Assembly (NCBI GenBank): GCA_902588925.1 | Contig: CACIRB010000001.1 | Location: 20,218-84,217 of the forward strand | Source of the DNA: an uncultured Pelagibacteraceae bacterium | Lineage (GTDB): Bacteria; Pseudomonadota; Alphaproteobacteria; Pelagibacterales; Pelagibacteraceae | DNA length: 64,000 bases | Direction of reading: 5' to 3' | In this document: piece by piece, positions 28,044 through 39,232 of the stretch | Layout: each line of letters starts with the position of its first letter | How positions within the stretch are numbered: the stretch's first letter is position 1 | Made by a program: the position numbers and the translations under genes | Notes under the pieces: model-generated | Database searches by the model: none | What the model saw: only the letters and a program-made list of their open reading frames with translations | Told to the model about the DNA's origin: nothing

Positions 28044-30128
28044 ATGGACATTAAAAAAACAGCTAATTTATTACTTAATTTTACTTTAAAACGATTAGCA
28101 GAAATATCTGGAATAATAATTTTCTCTGCCGGTATTCTCTTATTGATTGCACTTTTTTCATATTCACCTGAGGACCCAAACTTTATTTTTCCTAAAGATA
28201 CCGAAATTAAAAATTTATTAGGTTTTCAAGGAAGCTTTATTTCTGATCTTTTTTTTCAATCTTTTGGATTCATTGCTTATCTAATATCTCTCACTTATAT
28301 AATTACTGGGCTCAATATATTTCGACTAAAAGAATTTTTTTTAATAATTGAAAATACTTTTATAACTGTATTGTATACTATAATTGGAACACTATTTTTA
28401 AACCATTTTTATTCAGACGCTTTTACACTTTACATAAATGGAAATGGAGGTTTTGTTGGAGACTATTTTGGACAAACTTTTTTAAATTCAATAATTCTTA
28501 TAAATGAAAAATTAATTTATTATGTTTTAATTATACTTATAATTACTTTATTTCTATTAAGTATCAATTTTCATCCTACTAAATTCTATAATTCGATATT
28601 TAAAATTATTAAATTTTTTAATAAAAAAGAAAATAAATCATACACAAATAAAAGTGAACTTATTAGTGAATATATACCTCAAGAAGAAATTAAAAACTTA
28701 ATACAAGAAGATTTGCCATTCATTAAAGCTGAGAATAAATTAGGTAATAAAAATAAATTTCAATTACCAAAAATAGATTTATTAAAAGTACCAACTAAGA
28801 AGGAAAGAGAAAACTCAAATAAAAATGAGACAAATGATCCTAAATTTTTAGAAAAAATTCTAATGGACTTTGGAGTTAAGGGGGAAATTCAGAAAGTAAG
28901 TTATGGTCCAGTTGTAACACTTAATGAGTTTGAGCCAGCTGCTGGCGTAAAAGTTTCTAAAATTATAAATTTATCAGATGATATTGCTAGAAATACTAGT
29001 TCTGAGTCTGCTAGAATTTCAACTATACCAGGCAGCAACACAGTAGGAATTGAATTACCAAATAATTCAAGAGAAAACGTTTACCTTAGTGAAATTCTAA
29101 ATAACGCAGATTTTAAAAAGAAGGAAACAAAATTACCCATAGCGCTCGGTAAAAATATTTCTGGAAAACCTATTGTAGGAGATCTATCCTCAATGCCTCA
29201 TTTGCTCATTGCTGGTACTACAGGTTCAGGAAAGTCTGTATGTATTAATACAATTATCTTATCACTTCTTTATCGTCACATACCGGAAAGATGTAAGTTT
29301 ATATTAATTGATCCTAAAATGCTTGAACTCTCAACATATGAAGGAATACCTCATTTACTATGCCCTGTAATAACTGAAGCAAAAAAAGCTGCATCTGTAC
29401 TTGGTTGGGTCGTAAAAGAAATGGAAAGTAGATACAGATTAATGACAAAAGAAGGAGTTAGAAATATTGATGGTTATAATACCAAACACAAACTTCCAAT
29501 GCCCTACATAGTAGTAGTAGTTGATGAAATGTCAGATTTGATGTTAGTGGCAGGTAAAGAAATAGAAAATTATATTCAAAAATTATCTCAAATGGCTAGA
29601 GCAGCAGGCATTCATATCATTATGGCTACTCAGAGACCTAGCGTTGATGTCATTACAGGTACAATTAAAGCTAATTTTCCAACAAGAATATCTTTTCAAG
29701 TAACATCAAAAATAGATAGTAGGACAATTCTTGGAGAACAAGGAGCAGAACAACTCTTGGGAAAAGGAGATATGCTTTACATGTCTTCTGCGAACAGGAT
29801 AGTAAGAATTCACGCTCCATTTGTTTCTGATAATGAGATAGAAAAAATAAATAATTTTTTAAGATCCCAAGCGGAGCCAGATTATATAGATGAAATTTTA
29901 AATTTTGCAGACGAAAAGGAATTAGGATCAAATACAGATCAGGGAGATAAAGATGAATTATATCAACAAGCTGTTGAAATAATTAGATCTGAAGGAAGAG
30001 CCTCTACCTCATTTTTACAGAGGAAACTTCAAATTGGATATAACAGAGCTGCAAGAATAATTGACATGATGGAATCTGATGGAATTGTAAGTAAAGCAAA
30101 CCATGTAGGTAAAAGAGACGTTCTTTAA
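28044..30128 (+). CDS. ftsK: DNA translocase FtsK
   Basis: N-terminal TM region, AGTTGSGKS, ATQRPSVDV, gamma domain IGYNRAARII. Confidence 0.96.
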   Translation: MDIKKTANLLLNFTLKRLAEISGIIIFSAGILLLIALFSYSPEDPNFIFPKDTEIKNLLGFQGSFISDLFFQSFGFIAYLISLTYIITGLNIFRLKEFFLIIENTFITVLYTIIGTLFLNHFYSDAFTLYINGNGGFVGDYFGQTFLNSIILINEKLIYYVLIILIITLFLLSINFHPTKFYNSIFKIIKFFNKKENKSYTNKSELISEYIPQEEIKNLIQEDLPFIKAENKLGNKNKFQLPKIDLLKVPTKKERENSNKNETNDPKFLEKILMDFGVKGEIQKVSYGPVVTLNEFEPAAGVKVSKIINLSDDIARNTSSESARISTIPGSNTVGIELPNNSRENVYLSEILNNADFKKKETKLPIALGKNISGKPIVGDLSSMPHLLIAGTTGSGKSVCINTIILSLLYRHIPERCKFILIDPKMLELSTYEGIPHLLCPVITEAKKAASVLGWVVKEMESRYRLMTKEGVRNIDGYNTKHKLPMPYIVVVVDEMSDLMLVAGKEIENYIQKLSQMARAAGIHIIMATQRPSVDVITGTIKANFPTRISFQVTSKIDSRTILGEQGAEQLLGKGDMLYMSSANRIVRIHAPFVSDNEIEKINNFLRSQAEPDYIDEILNFADEKELGSNTDQGDKDELYQQAVEIIRSEGRASTSFLQRKLQIGYNRAARIIDMMESDGIVSKANHVGKRDVL

Positions 30129-30673
30129 TGCTAAAGTTTATCCTTCTAATTTTTCTGTTTAGTTTGTCTAATCAAGTATACGCAAACAATAAAAATCAAA
30201 TAATTAATAAATTAGAAAATATATCAAACTTAAATTTTGATTTTGAGCAAAATATTAATGGTAAAATCGAATTAGGTAATTGTACAATTCAGTATCCAAA
30301 AAAAATGTTCTGTGAATATGATAAAAAAAATAAAGTTATGGTTTCTAATGGAAAATCTTTAGTTATAAAATCAAATTTAAGTTATTATAGATATGCCCTC
30401 AATAAAACACCCTTAAATTTTATTTTAGATAAAAATTTTTTATTAAAAAAAATTTCAGAATTAAATGAGGAAATAATTAATAATTCTCTGATAAAATTTA
30501 CAATAAAAGAGAATAATCAATTAATAGATATTTTTTTTGATATTAGGAATTATGAATTAGTTGGTTGGCAAACAAGAGATATCTATCAAAATACTGCGGT
30601 AACACTACTTTATTCAATAAAATTAAACCAAGTAGTTGATGAAAAAATATTTAAAACTCCACTTCAAAATTAA
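30128..30673 (+). CDS. lolA: LolA-family lipoprotein carrier
   Basis: Signal peptide, FDFEQ, YPKKM, TPL; immediately after ftsK. Confidence 0.75.
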   Translation: MLKFILLIFLFSLSNQVYANNKNQIINKLENISNLNFDFEQNINGKIELGNCTIQYPKKMFCEYDKKNKVMVSNGKSLVIKSNLSYYRYALNKTPLNFILDKNFLLKKISELNEEIINNSLIKFTIKENNQLIDIFFDIRNYELVGWQTRDIYQNTAVTLLYSIKLNQVVDEKIFKTPLQN

Positions 30674-31173
30674 ATTTTGACAACCTCGGATTTGAAAATT
30701 TTCATACCTCTTGATAAGTAATTATTAAGTGCATTCTTATGATCTAATGAGCATGTATGAAGCCAAACCCTCTCTACATTTTCATGAAATGACTTTTTAA
30801 TAGCATCAGACAATAAAAATGATCCTAATTTTTTATTTTGATATTCTTCCAATATTCCAAAGTATGCTATTTCTACTTCTTTCTTTTCAAAATGAATAAT
30901 TAGTTCAAAAAAACCAACTAGATCTTTGTTATTCTTTAGTACAAAAGTTTTAACATTTTTGCTGGATACATATTTAATCCATTGTTCTTCTGACCATATC
31001 AATCTATCAGTCCACTTATGTTTTTTGCCTATATTTTTATAAAAAAATTTATTTAACTGGAAATCAATTGGTTCAACTAATTTAATAACATAATCGTCTG
31101 AAGGTTTTTTGCTCTCTTGTAAATCTTTAAGGGAGTTTATTTCTAGATAGCTTCTTTTAACTTCTTCTGTCAC
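30670..31173 (-). CDS. GNAT acetyltransferase
   Basis: EIAYFGI, QNKKLG, VWLHTCSLDHKNAL..Y..RG. Confidence 0.85.
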   Translation of the reverse strand: MTEEVKRSYLEINSLKDLQESKKPSDDYVIKLVEPIDFQLNKFFYKNIGKKHKWTDRLIWSEEQWIKYVSSKNVKTFVLKNNKDLVGFFELIIHFEKKEVEIAYFGILEEYQNKKLGSFLLSDAIKKSFHENVERVWLHTCSLDHKNALNNYLSRGMKIFKSEVVKI

Positions 31174-31535
31174 TCGACCATTTTTCCAACACGTTCACCA
31201 CCAAATAAATGAAAATGCAAATGAGGTACTTCTTGACCGCCATGCTCGCTAATATTTGCTAATGCTCTATAACCTTTGCCTACTTTTGTTGAAATACCAA
31301 GCTTTTTTGCAACTGTGTTGATGCCCTTCAAAAGACCTACCATCTCCTCGGAGGATGCTTTTAAACTAAAATCATCAAGATCCGTGTATTTTCCTTTGGG
31401 AATTACCAAAGCATGAATTTTTTTTTGAGGGTTGATGTCATGAAATGACAAAACAAAATCATCCTCATAAATTTTATTACAAGGTATCTCTCCACGTAAA
31501 ATTTTAGCAAAAATATTATTTTCGTCGTAACTCAT
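31170..31535 (-). CDS. HIT-family nucleotide-binding protein (Hint)
   Basis: NIFAKILRGEIP, QEVPHLHFHL. Confidence 0.93.
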   Translation of the reverse strand: MSYDENNIFAKILRGEIPCNKIYEDDFVLSFHDINPQKKIHALVIPKGKYTDLDDFSLKASSEEMVGLLKGINTVAKKLGISTKVGKGYRALANISEHGGQEVPHLHFHLFGGERVGKMVE

Positions 31536-31804
31536 TTTTTTCTTTTCTCTAATTCTTCCATTACTTCTTCAACTTTCACGTCGTTGGCTTCTAAATACAT
31601 TAGCAAATGATAAAATACGTCAGCTGCTTCATGAATTTTATTTGTATTTTCCTCTATAGCTTCAATTAATTCATCAATTTCCTCCAATACCTTAGCTTTA
31701 CTTAGAGATTTGTCAGTAAGTAATTTATTTGTATAAGAGCCTTCAACTGGATTGGTTTTTCTTTCTCTTGCAAGTTTAATTATATTTTCTAATGTATTAA
31801 GCAT
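31532..31804 (-). CDS. hisE: Phosphoribosyl-ATP pyrophosphatase
   Basis: SYTNKLL, KVLEE, EAADVFYH; start moved to MLNTLE. Confidence 0.92.
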   Translation of the reverse strand: MLNTLENIIKLARERKTNPVEGSYTNKLLTDKSLSKAKVLEEIDELIEAIEENTNKIHEAADVFYHLLMYLEANDVKVEEVMEELEKRKK

Positions 31805-31805
31805 A

Positions 31806-32561
31806 TTAAATTCTAACAGGTATTCCTTTTGAATCCAAATATTCCTTGGCTTCTTTAACAGAATGTTTACCATAATGAAATATTGATGCAGCTAATACGG
31901 CGCTTGCATTTCCTAATTTAATTCCATCTACTAAATGATCTAAATTTCCAACTCCACCAGATGCTATTACTGGAATATTTACCTTTGAAGATATCTTAGA
32001 CATTAGATCAATATCATAACCAACTTGAGTACCATCCCGATCCATTGATGTTACTAGAAGCTCACCTGCTCCACTACTTTCCATTTTTGATGCAAATTCT
32101 ATTGCATCAATTCCAGTATTGTTTCTTCCCCCATGTGTAAAAATTTCCCATTTATCATCATTTTTTTTAGCATCAATAGCAACCACAATACATTGTGAAC
32201 CAAATTTTTTTGAGCTTTCAACTACCACCTCTGAATTTTGAACCGCTGCAGTATTAATAGAAACTTTATCTGCTCCACAATTAAGTAATTTATTTATATC
32301 ATCAACACTTCTAACGCCTCCTCCAACTGTTAATGGAACAAAGCATTTTTTTGAAGTTTTCTCTACGACATCATAAATTGTATCTCTATTTTCATTTGAT
32401 GCAGTTATATCTAAGAAACAGATTTCATCTGCTCCTCCATCAGAGTAAATTTTAGCCTGTTCGACTGGATCGCCTGCATCCTGCAGATCAACAAAGTTAA
32501 TCCCTTTTACAACACGACCATTTTTAACATCTAAACAAGGTATTATTCTATTTTTAAGCAT
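31806..32561 (-). CDS. hisF: Imidazole glycerol phosphate synthase, cyclase subunit
   Basis: [29 protein letters not shown]. Confidence 0.97.
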   Translation of the reverse strand: MLKNRIIPCLDVKNGRVVKGINFVDLQDAGDPVEQAKIYSDGGADEICFLDITASNENRDTIYDVVEKTSKKCFVPLTVGGGVRSVDDINKLLNCGADKVSINTAAVQNSEVVVESSKKFGSQCIVVAIDAKKNDDKWEIFTHGGRNNTGIDAIEFASKMESSGAGELLVTSMDRDGTQVGYDIDLMSKISSKVNIPVIASGGVGNLDHLVDGIKLGNASAVLAASIFHYGKHSVKEAKEYLDSKGIPVRI

Positions 32562-33279
32562 TTACTTCCTTAGCTAATTCATCCAATTTTATATCGCCAT
32601 CATATATAGCTTTTCCAACTATAATACCTTCAATATTTTTATTATTTAATTCCTTAGCTTTTTTAATGTCATCTATTGATGAAACTCCACCTGATATTAT
32701 CACTGGACAATTAGATGTATCAGCAACCTTTATTGTTTCTTCAAAATTAGGACTTTGCTTCATCCCATCTCTATTAATATCGGTATAAATTATTCTGCTT
32801 GCTCCATACTCATTAACTTCTCTCAAATAGTCCAAAGTTAATTGATTTGAATTTTCTTTCCAACCAGAAACAGATAAATAACCGTCTTTAGCATCTAAAC
32901 CTAAAGCAATTTTATTTGGAAAATTTTTACAAGCTTGTTTTAGAAAATTTTTATCTTTTATAGCAGCGCTTCCTAAAATAACTTTTTCGATACCGGCATC
33001 ATTATATTTCTTAATACTTTCGAAATTCCTTATTCCTCCACCAATTTCAATTTTAAGATCAAATTTGGACACTATTTCTTCAATAATATCCAAATTTACT
33101 GTTTCACCAGTTAAAGCTCCATCTAAATCAACAATGTGTAAATTTTTAAAACCAAAATCTTTATATTTGCCAGCTTGATCAACTGGAGACATTTCGTATT
33201 CAGTTTTATTTTCAAAATCACCTTTGACTAACCTTACACACTTTTTATCTTTAATATCTATAGCTGGAAATATTTTCAT
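32554..33279 (-). CDS. hisA: ProFAR isomerase
   Basis: [25 protein letters not shown]. Confidence 0.96.
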   Translation of the reverse strand: MKIFPAIDIKDKKCVRLVKGDFENKTEYEMSPVDQAGKYKDFGFKNLHIVDLDGALTGETVNLDIIEEIVSKFDLKIEIGGGIRNFESIKKYNDAGIEKVILGSAAIKDKNFLKQACKNFPNKIALGLDAKDGYLSVSGWKENSNQLTLDYLREVNEYGASRIIYTDINRDGMKQSPNFEETIKVADTSNCPVIISGGVSSIDDIKKAKELNNKNIEGIIVGKAIYDGDIKLDELAKEVNA

Positions 33280-33281
33280 AT

Positions 33282-33908
33282 TTACAAATTTATAAAATTA
33301 TCGATTATTTTAAGTCCAGTTTTATCACTTTTTTCAGGGTGAAATTGGGTACCAAAAATATTATCTTTTTCAACAGAACATACAATATTCGATGAATAAT
33401 CTGTTGTTGCTGAAATTAAATTTTTGTCTTCTGGTACGAATTCGTAACTATGAACAAAATACATGTGAGCATTATTATCTATATCTTTAAAAATTTTACT
33501 ATCTTTTAAAATATTTATTTGGTTCCAACCGATGTGAGGAAGTTTATATTTTCCATTCTGGTTATCTATTTTACATACTTTGCCAGATATCCATCCAAGA
33601 CCTTTGGTTTCAGTTTCTTCATAACCAATGTCTGCAAACATTTGTAAACCAACACAAATTCCTAGAAGTGGTTTTTTATTACTAATTACAAATTCGTTTA
33701 ATGTATCTACTAAACCATTAATATTATTAAGTGCATCAACACAACTCTTAAACGAACCCTGTCCTGGTAAAACTACTTTATCGGAGGATTTAATTTTTTT
33801 TAACTCTGAGGTTACTTCGATATTTACTTTATCTCTCGCAACCTCCTTAAAAGAGTTTATTACCGAGCTTATATTACCCGAATTATAATCAACAATTGTG
33901 ACGTTCAT
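33282..33908 (-). CDS. hisH: Imidazole glycerol phosphate synthase, glutaminase subunit
   Basis: DYNSGN, GICVGLQ, PHIGWN, QFHPEKS. Confidence 0.96.
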   Translation of the reverse strand: MNVTIVDYNSGNISSVINSFKEVARDKVNIEVTSELKKIKSSDKVVLPGQGSFKSCVDALNNINGLVDTLNEFVISNKKPLLGICVGLQMFADIGYEETETKGLGWISGKVCKIDNQNGKYKLPHIGWNQINILKDSKIFKDIDNNAHMYFVHSYEFVPEDKNLISATTDYSSNIVCSVEKDNIFGTQFHPEKSDKTGLKIIDNFINL

Positions 33909-33913
33909 TAAAC

Positions 33914-34504
33914 TTATAATGAGCCTTTAGTGGATGGAATACTTTTTTTGCTTCTAGGGTCCATCTCTAGTGCCTCTCTTAATGATCTTGCTAATGCTTT
34001 ATAGCAAGACTCAATGATGTGGTGACTGTTATCACCATAAATATTTTCGACATGCATAGTAATACCTGCGGCTTGTGAAAATGCCTGGAACCATTCTTTA
34101 AACAGTTCTGTATCCATTTCACCAAGTTTCTCAACCTTTAATTTTACTTTCCAAATTAAATATGGCCTGTTTGAAACATCTATTGCAACTCTAGTTAACG
34201 TTTCATCCATTGGAATAACTCTGTGTGCATATCTTTTGATGCCTACAAATTTTTTTGCAGCTTTTTTTAAAGCTTCGCCAATTGCAATTCCTGTATCTTC
34301 TGTTGTGTGGTGAAGATCAATATGAGTGTCTCCTTTTGCTTTTACTTTCAGATCGATTAGAGAATGCTTTGATAGTTGCTCAAGCATGTGGTCTAAAAAA
34401 CCTATTCCTGTATCAATTTGATATTTACCTTTACCATCGATATTTAATTCAACATTGATACTGGTTTCTTTTGTTTTTCGAGAAACTTTTCCTTTTCTAG
34501 CCAT
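33914..34504 (-). CDS. hisB: Imidazoleglycerol-phosphate dehydratase
   Basis: [24 protein letters not shown]. Confidence 0.97.
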   Translation of the reverse strand: MARKGKVSRKTKETSINVELNIDGKGKYQIDTGIGFLDHMLEQLSKHSLIDLKVKAKGDTHIDLHHTTEDTGIAIGEALKKAAKKFVGIKRYAHRVIPMDETLTRVAIDVSNRPYLIWKVKLKVEKLGEMDTELFKEWFQAFSQAAGITMHVENIYGDNSHHIIESCYKALARSLREALEMDPRSKKSIPSTKGSL

Positions 34505-34558
34505 ATAATTTAAATTGTATACATACTTAATCCAACTATATCAATATTAGTGTAAAGA

Positions 34559-34588
34559 CTTGAAGTATCAAAAATAGTTACCATTTAT
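34559..34588 (+). promoter_or_regulatory. Probable RpoH (sigma-32) promoter of hslVU
   Basis: CTTGAA-N16-CCATTTAT just upstream of a heat-shock operon. Confidence 0.6.
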
Positions 34589-34593
34589 TAGAT

Positions 34594-35109
34594 ATGACAA
34601 CAATTGTACTAGTTAGAAAAAATAATGAAGTAGTGGTTGCTGGTGATGGACAAGTAAGTATGGGAAATACTGTTGTCAAAAGTACAGCATCAAAAGTTAG
34701 AAAAATTGAAAAAAGAGATGTAGTTGCAGGATTTGCGGGGTCAACTGCTGATGCACTAACTTTATTTGAAAGATTAGAAGGTAAATTAGAAAAACACGCA
34801 GGTAATTTGTCTAGAGCTGCTGTTGAGTTAGCAAAAGATTGGCGAACCGATAAATATTTAAGAAGACTAGAAGCATTAATGGCTGTAGGTGACAAAAATA
34901 ATAGTTATATAATTTCTGGGACTGGAGATGTTCTAGAGCCTGAAGGTGATGTAATAGGAATAGGTTCTGGTGGAAATTATGCCCTAGCAGCAGGAAAAGT
35001 TTTAATGGAAGGCGATATGTCAGCAGAAGAAATTGCGAAAAAGTCAATTAAAGTAGCAGCTGATATTTGTGTATTTACAAATGACAATGTTAAAATTGAA
35101 AAAATATAA
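34594..35109 (+). CDS. hslV: ATP-dependent protease peptidase subunit
   Basis: MTTIV (catalytic Thr), [19 protein letters not shown]. Confidence 0.97.
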   Translation: MTTIVLVRKNNEVVVAGDGQVSMGNTVVKSTASKVRKIEKRDVVAGFAGSTADALTLFERLEGKLEKHAGNLSRAAVELAKDWRTDKYLRRLEALMAVGDKNNSYIISGTGDVLEPEGDVIGIGSGGNYALAAGKVLMEGDMSAEEIAKKSIKVAADICVFTNDNVKIEKI

Positions 35110-36482
35110 TGGATAATTCAAACGTTACACCTTTGCACCCAAAAGAAAAGACTCAAAAAGAAGAGTCTTCTTTGGTAAGTACTCTTTCTCCAAGGGAAAT
35201 AGTTTCAGAATTAGATCGTTTTGTCGTTGGACAAAATAAAGCAAAAAAAGCTGTTGCTGTTGCATTAAGAAATAGATGGAGAAGACAGGCTTTAAAAGGA
35301 GAAATGAAAAATGAAGTTTTGCCAAAAAATATTCTAATGATTGGACCAACAGGTGTTGGAAAAACAGAAATTTCTAGAAGGCTTTCAAAATTAGCAGAGG
35401 CTCCTTTCGTAAAAGTTGAAGCAACAAGATTTACAGAAGTTGGATACGTAGGGAGAGACGTTGAGCAAATTGTTAGAGACTTAATTGAGATTGCAATTGC
35501 AATGGAAAAAGTAAAAAAAAGAAAAGAAGTTTATGCGCAAGCCCAAAAAGCAGCTGAAGAAAAAGTACTAGATGCTTTGGTGGGAAAAAAAGCAAGCCTT
35601 GCAACGCGAGAAAGTTTTAGAAAAAGACTAAGAAATGGTGATTTAGATGATAATGAAATAGAAATCGCTGTAAGTGATACAGGCTCAAACGGTGCGTCTT
35701 TTGAAATTCCAGGAATGCCAGGTGCTAATGTTGGAATGATAAACATTGGAGAAATGATTGGTAAATCTATGGGTAACAAAGAAAAAAAGAAAAAAATGAC
35801 GGTTAAAGAATCTCATGAAATTTTAATCAATGATGAATCAGACAAACTAATTGAGCAAGATAAAATTGTTAAAGCTGCCAAACTTTCAACTGAAAACAAT
35901 GGAATAGTTTTCCTAGATGAAATAGATAAAATTTCTGCAAGAACCGATAGAGTTGGAGGCGATGTATCAAGAGAAGGAGTCCAAAGAGACTTGCTACCTT
36001 TAATAGAAGGAACAACAGTTAATACAAAACATGGTCCAATCAAAACTGATCATATTTTGTTTATTGCTTCTGGTGCATTTCAACTTGCAAAACCATCTGA
36101 TTTACTTCCAGAATTACAGGGAAGACTACCAATAAGAGTAGAGCTAGAAGCATTAACTAGTGATGATTTTAAAAGAATACTTAGAGAACCAGACTTCAGT
36201 TTAATCAAACAATATATAGCTTTGTTAAAAACCGAAAATGTTGATCTTGAATTCTCAGATGATGGAATAGATGCAATCGCAAATATAGCCTCTGAAGTAA
36301 ATATAACAGTAGAAAATATTGGTGCAAGAAGGTTACACACAATAATTGAAAAAATATTAGATGATATAAGTTTTACAGCAACTGATCGAGCTGGAGAAAA
36401 AATTGTAATTGATAAAGAATATATTAATAAAAATCTTGATAACTTAGTTAAAGATACTGATCTTTCAAAATTTATTCTTTAA
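35109..36482 (+). CDS. hslU: ATP-dependent protease ATPase subunit
   Basis: [24 protein letters not shown]. Confidence 0.97.
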   Translation: MDNSNVTPLHPKEKTQKEESSLVSTLSPREIVSELDRFVVGQNKAKKAVAVALRNRWRRQALKGEMKNEVLPKNILMIGPTGVGKTEISRRLSKLAEAPFVKVEATRFTEVGYVGRDVEQIVRDLIEIAIAMEKVKKRKEVYAQAQKAAEEKVLDALVGKKASLATRESFRKRLRNGDLDDNEIEIAVSDTGSNGASFEIPGMPGANVGMINIGEMIGKSMGNKEKKKKMTVKESHEILINDESDKLIEQDKIVKAAKLSTENNGIVFLDEIDKISARTDRVGGDVSREGVQRDLLPLIEGTTVNTKHGPIKTDHILFIASGAFQLAKPSDLLPELQGRLPIRVELEALTSDDFKRILREPDFSLIKQYIALLKTENVDLEFSDDGIDAIANIASEVNITVENIGARRLHTIIEKILDDISFTATDRAGEKIVIDKEYINKNLDNLVKDTDLSKFIL

Positions 36483-36489
36483 TACTATA

Positions 36490-37329
36490 TTATAAGTATT
36501 CTAATTCTTTCATTTCATTATAAAAATTATTTTCAATTTTCTCTTTATTTTTCTCGTCTAAATATCTTCTCCAATCATTTTTGGGTCCTAGATTAAAAAA
36601 AATTTTTCTTTTACCAGTTTTGTCATCAATTAAAGCTTCTTGAAATGTTTCTTTTTCTTCTTTAGTTTTCATATTGTCAAAACCTGTGGTTTTTATTGCT
36701 TTATTAAGCTTAATCATGTCAATTTCTGATTTGAAACCTAATGTGTCAAAAAATTTAAAAATTTTAAGAATGACACTTTTTTTTTTAGTTATTAAATCCT
36801 CATACTTGATCAATAAATATTTTTTTGGTTTTTGAAGATTTTTCCAAGAATTATAATTAGAGCTCCAAGATCCTAAAAAAACTTTACAATTTTTAAATGT
36901 TTTTTCCATAAATCTACTTTCATCTAAAATTGTATCAGTAGCTTCATCGATATTTAAACTATAATGATTAGCAAAAGAAGTAACAACATTTCTTGGATCT
37001 CGAACTATATAAATTGCACCAAGTGTATTTTTTAAATCTGTAAAGTTACAGTCATGTATTTTGCATAATGAACTATGAGTTTTAAAAAATTTTAACTTTC
37101 CTTTTTCCTCATTTATTAAATTTTGAGCATTTATAAAATTTTTAAAAACCTCTTTGTCATTTTCGATATCAATTCCAAGAGGTAAAAAATGATGAGTTTG
37201 CGGAAATTGAGATATTTTATTTAAATTTTCAAATTGTAAAACTCCATCTTGAGAATAAAAATATGTTGATAATATCGATCTCAACAATGTGTTTCCACTC
37301 TTAGGGTAAGAAGCAAGCCAAATAATCAT
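36490..37329 (-). CDS. Sulfotransferase-family protein (paralog 2)
   Basis: SYPKSGNT, FKTH, VRDPRNVVTS, KYEDL; ATGA overlap with the Smr gene. Confidence 0.88.
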   Translation of the reverse strand: MIIWLASYPKSGNTLLRSILSTYFYSQDGVLQFENLNKISQFPQTHHFLPLGIDIENDKEVFKNFINAQNLINEEKGKLKFFKTHSSLCKIHDCNFTDLKNTLGAIYIVRDPRNVVTSFANHYSLNIDEATDTILDESRFMEKTFKNCKVFLGSWSSNYNSWKNLQKPKKYLLIKYEDLITKKKSVILKIFKFFDTLGFKSEIDMIKLNKAIKTTGFDNMKTKEEKETFQEALIDDKTGKRKIFFNLGPKNDWRRYLDEKNKEKIENNFYNEMKELEYL

Positions 37330-37745
37330 TTTTTTTTATTTTTTTTTAAATATATGTAAAACGCTCCGCTACCTCCATCCTCTAATTTGGCATCCTGAAT
37401 ATCATTAATCATTTCGTTCAATTTTTTGTTATTTGAAATAAATTCTGGAACAGAATATTTTAAAATACTCAAATCTTTAGATACATAAGGATTTTTTTCA
37501 TTATTAGAATGAATACCTTTTCCTGTAACAACAATTATCTTGTTAACTTGTTCAGCAAAACATTTGTAAATAAATTTTTCTATAGTCCTGTTAGCTTCTT
37601 CTAAAGTATATCCATGTAGGTCAATTGATTGGGTTGAAAAAACTTTATTTTTTTTTTCTATATAATCTTTATCAATTAATTTTTCTTTGTTTTTAAGAAA
37701 ATTTTCCCAATCAATTTTATCTTTATTTGAAATTTTGTCGTTCAA
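37326..37745 (-). CDS. Smr-domain protein
   Basis: IDLHGY, VVTGKG, GGSGAFYIYL. Confidence 0.9.
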   Translation of the reverse strand: MNDKISNKDKIDWENFLKNKEKLIDKDYIEKKNKVFSTQSIDLHGYTLEEANRTIEKFIYKCFAEQVNKIIVVTGKGIHSNNEKNPYVSKDLSILKYSVPEFISNNKKLNEMINDIQDAKLEDGGSGAFYIYLKKNKKK

Positions 37746-38342
37746 TTATGTTAAGATACTAACTAATTGCCAATTTGGATTTTGTGAGGTTGTGTCACGT
37801 GAAAAAACCCAAGTATCATAAATTTTTTTAATTTTTTCTGGATCACCAGAAATAATTTTTTTATCTTTATCCCTGATACAAGTGATTACCTCTCCAATAA
37901 AGTTTACTGTAACATTCAAAATATTGCCTGATTTTTTATGCTCTTTTATCTCTGCTTTGTTTACACCAATAAAAGTGATTTCAGCATAGTGGCCCCTGCT
38001 ATCTCTTTCTTTAAGTGCTTCGCTAAACTGCTTATATACTTCGTTATCAAGTAAAGGCCTGCTATTAGTAATTTTATTATCATTATCACTAAAATCAGTT
38101 ATTATAGTTTCATAAGCTATTTTAGCACCTTTGATAAATTCTTTCTGAGCCTGTTCGTCAAAAATATTGTTGGACTTCTTTTGTGGCTCAATTTTTATGT
38201 TTTTTAATACTTCTTTAAATTGCTCTGGTGCTTTACCCTCAAATCCAGTCCTTTTACCTAATATCCCCCTAAGTCTTAAAAAAATGAACCCCGCAATCAT
38301 TGCAAGTAAAATTATATCGATATACTCAAAACTGTAATTCAT
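37746..38342 (-). CDS. Tim44/TimA-domain protein
   Basis: FLRLRGILGKRTGFE, DTWVFSR, PNW; start moved to MNYSF. Confidence 0.88.
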   Translation of the reverse strand: MNYSFEYIDIILLAMIAGFIFLRLRGILGKRTGFEGKAPEQFKEVLKNIKIEPQKKSNNIFDEQAQKEFIKGAKIAYETIITDFSDNDNKITNSRPLLDNEVYKQFSEALKERDSRGHYAEITFIGVNKAEIKEHKKSGNILNVTVNFIGEVITCIRDKDKKIISGDPEKIKKIYDTWVFSRDTTSQNPNWQLVSILT

Positions 38343-38400
38343 GAGTTGATAGTAATTACTCTGTTGATTAATTTCAACTGGCAATTTAGATTAAAGACAA

Positions 38401-38820
38401 ATGAACCCAATATTTTTAATAATTATCTTAGTTCCGGTAATTGAAATATATCTTTTAATAAAAATAGGATCTGAAATAGGAGCAATAACAACAATATTTC
38501 TAATTTTTATCACGGCTATATTGGGGATATATTATGCAAAATATGAAGGCTTAAATACACTCAGATCTGGTTTCAACCAATTAAAACGTAACGAAACTCC
38601 TACTTATGAAATGTTATCTGGTGCAGCTATTGCTTTTGCGGCAGTTTTATTAATAATTCCTGGATTTGCTACTGACCTATTAGGCTTTTTATTAATTTTC
38701 CCATTAACTAGAAAATTTATATTTAATGGTTTGTTTAAAAAATTTAATGCTGTAAATACCAGAAAAAATAATTTTATTGATGGTGAATACGAAGATTTAG
38801 ACGAAAAAGATGACAGATAA
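38401..38820 (+). CDS. fxsA: FxsA-family membrane protein
   Basis: PVIEIY, LLIIPGFATD, IDGEY. Confidence 0.9.
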   Translation: MNPIFLIIILVPVIEIYLLIKIGSEIGAITTIFLIFITAILGIYYAKYEGLNTLRSGFNQLKRNETPTYEMLSGAAIAFAAVLLIIPGFATDLLGFLLIFPLTRKFIFNGLFKKFNAVNTRKNNFIDGEYEDLDEKDDR

Positions 38821-39232
38821 ATTTAAAATTTTAGGAAAATACATTAAAGATATGTCGAGCGAAACAAGGGACGCTGAAACATACATATATGTAAGAGACA
38901 ATATTTTAAAATATCAGCTTAATATTGATATTAAATCAAAACCTTTAAAAAATAAAATGGTTGAAGTAAACACTATACTAAAATTTGAAGACAAAAATGA
39001 AACAAAACACAAATCTCATTTCGAAATAAACTATGCAACAATTTTAAAAATAGATGACACTGTCAGTGAAAAAAAAGAATTAGAGAGAATAATTTTGTGT
39101 GATGCACAGATAAAAATATACCCTGAACTTGAAAAATCTTTTTTAAACATGTTACATAATTCTGGTTATCCAGAAATTAAGTTTGAAAAAAAAATAGATT
39201 TTGAAAATCTATACATGCAAAGATTTAATTAA
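38810..39232 (+). CDS. secB: Protein-export chaperone SecB (divergent)
   Basis: YIKDMS, GYP..., IDFENLY; usual fxsA-secB-dnaQ order. Confidence 0.75.
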   Translation: MTDKFKILGKYIKDMSSETRDAETYIYVRDNILKYQLNIDIKSKPLKNKMVEVNTILKFEDKNETKHKSHFEINYATILKIDDTVSEKKELERIILCDAQIKIYPELEKSFLNMLHNSGYPEIKFEKKIDFENLYMQRFN

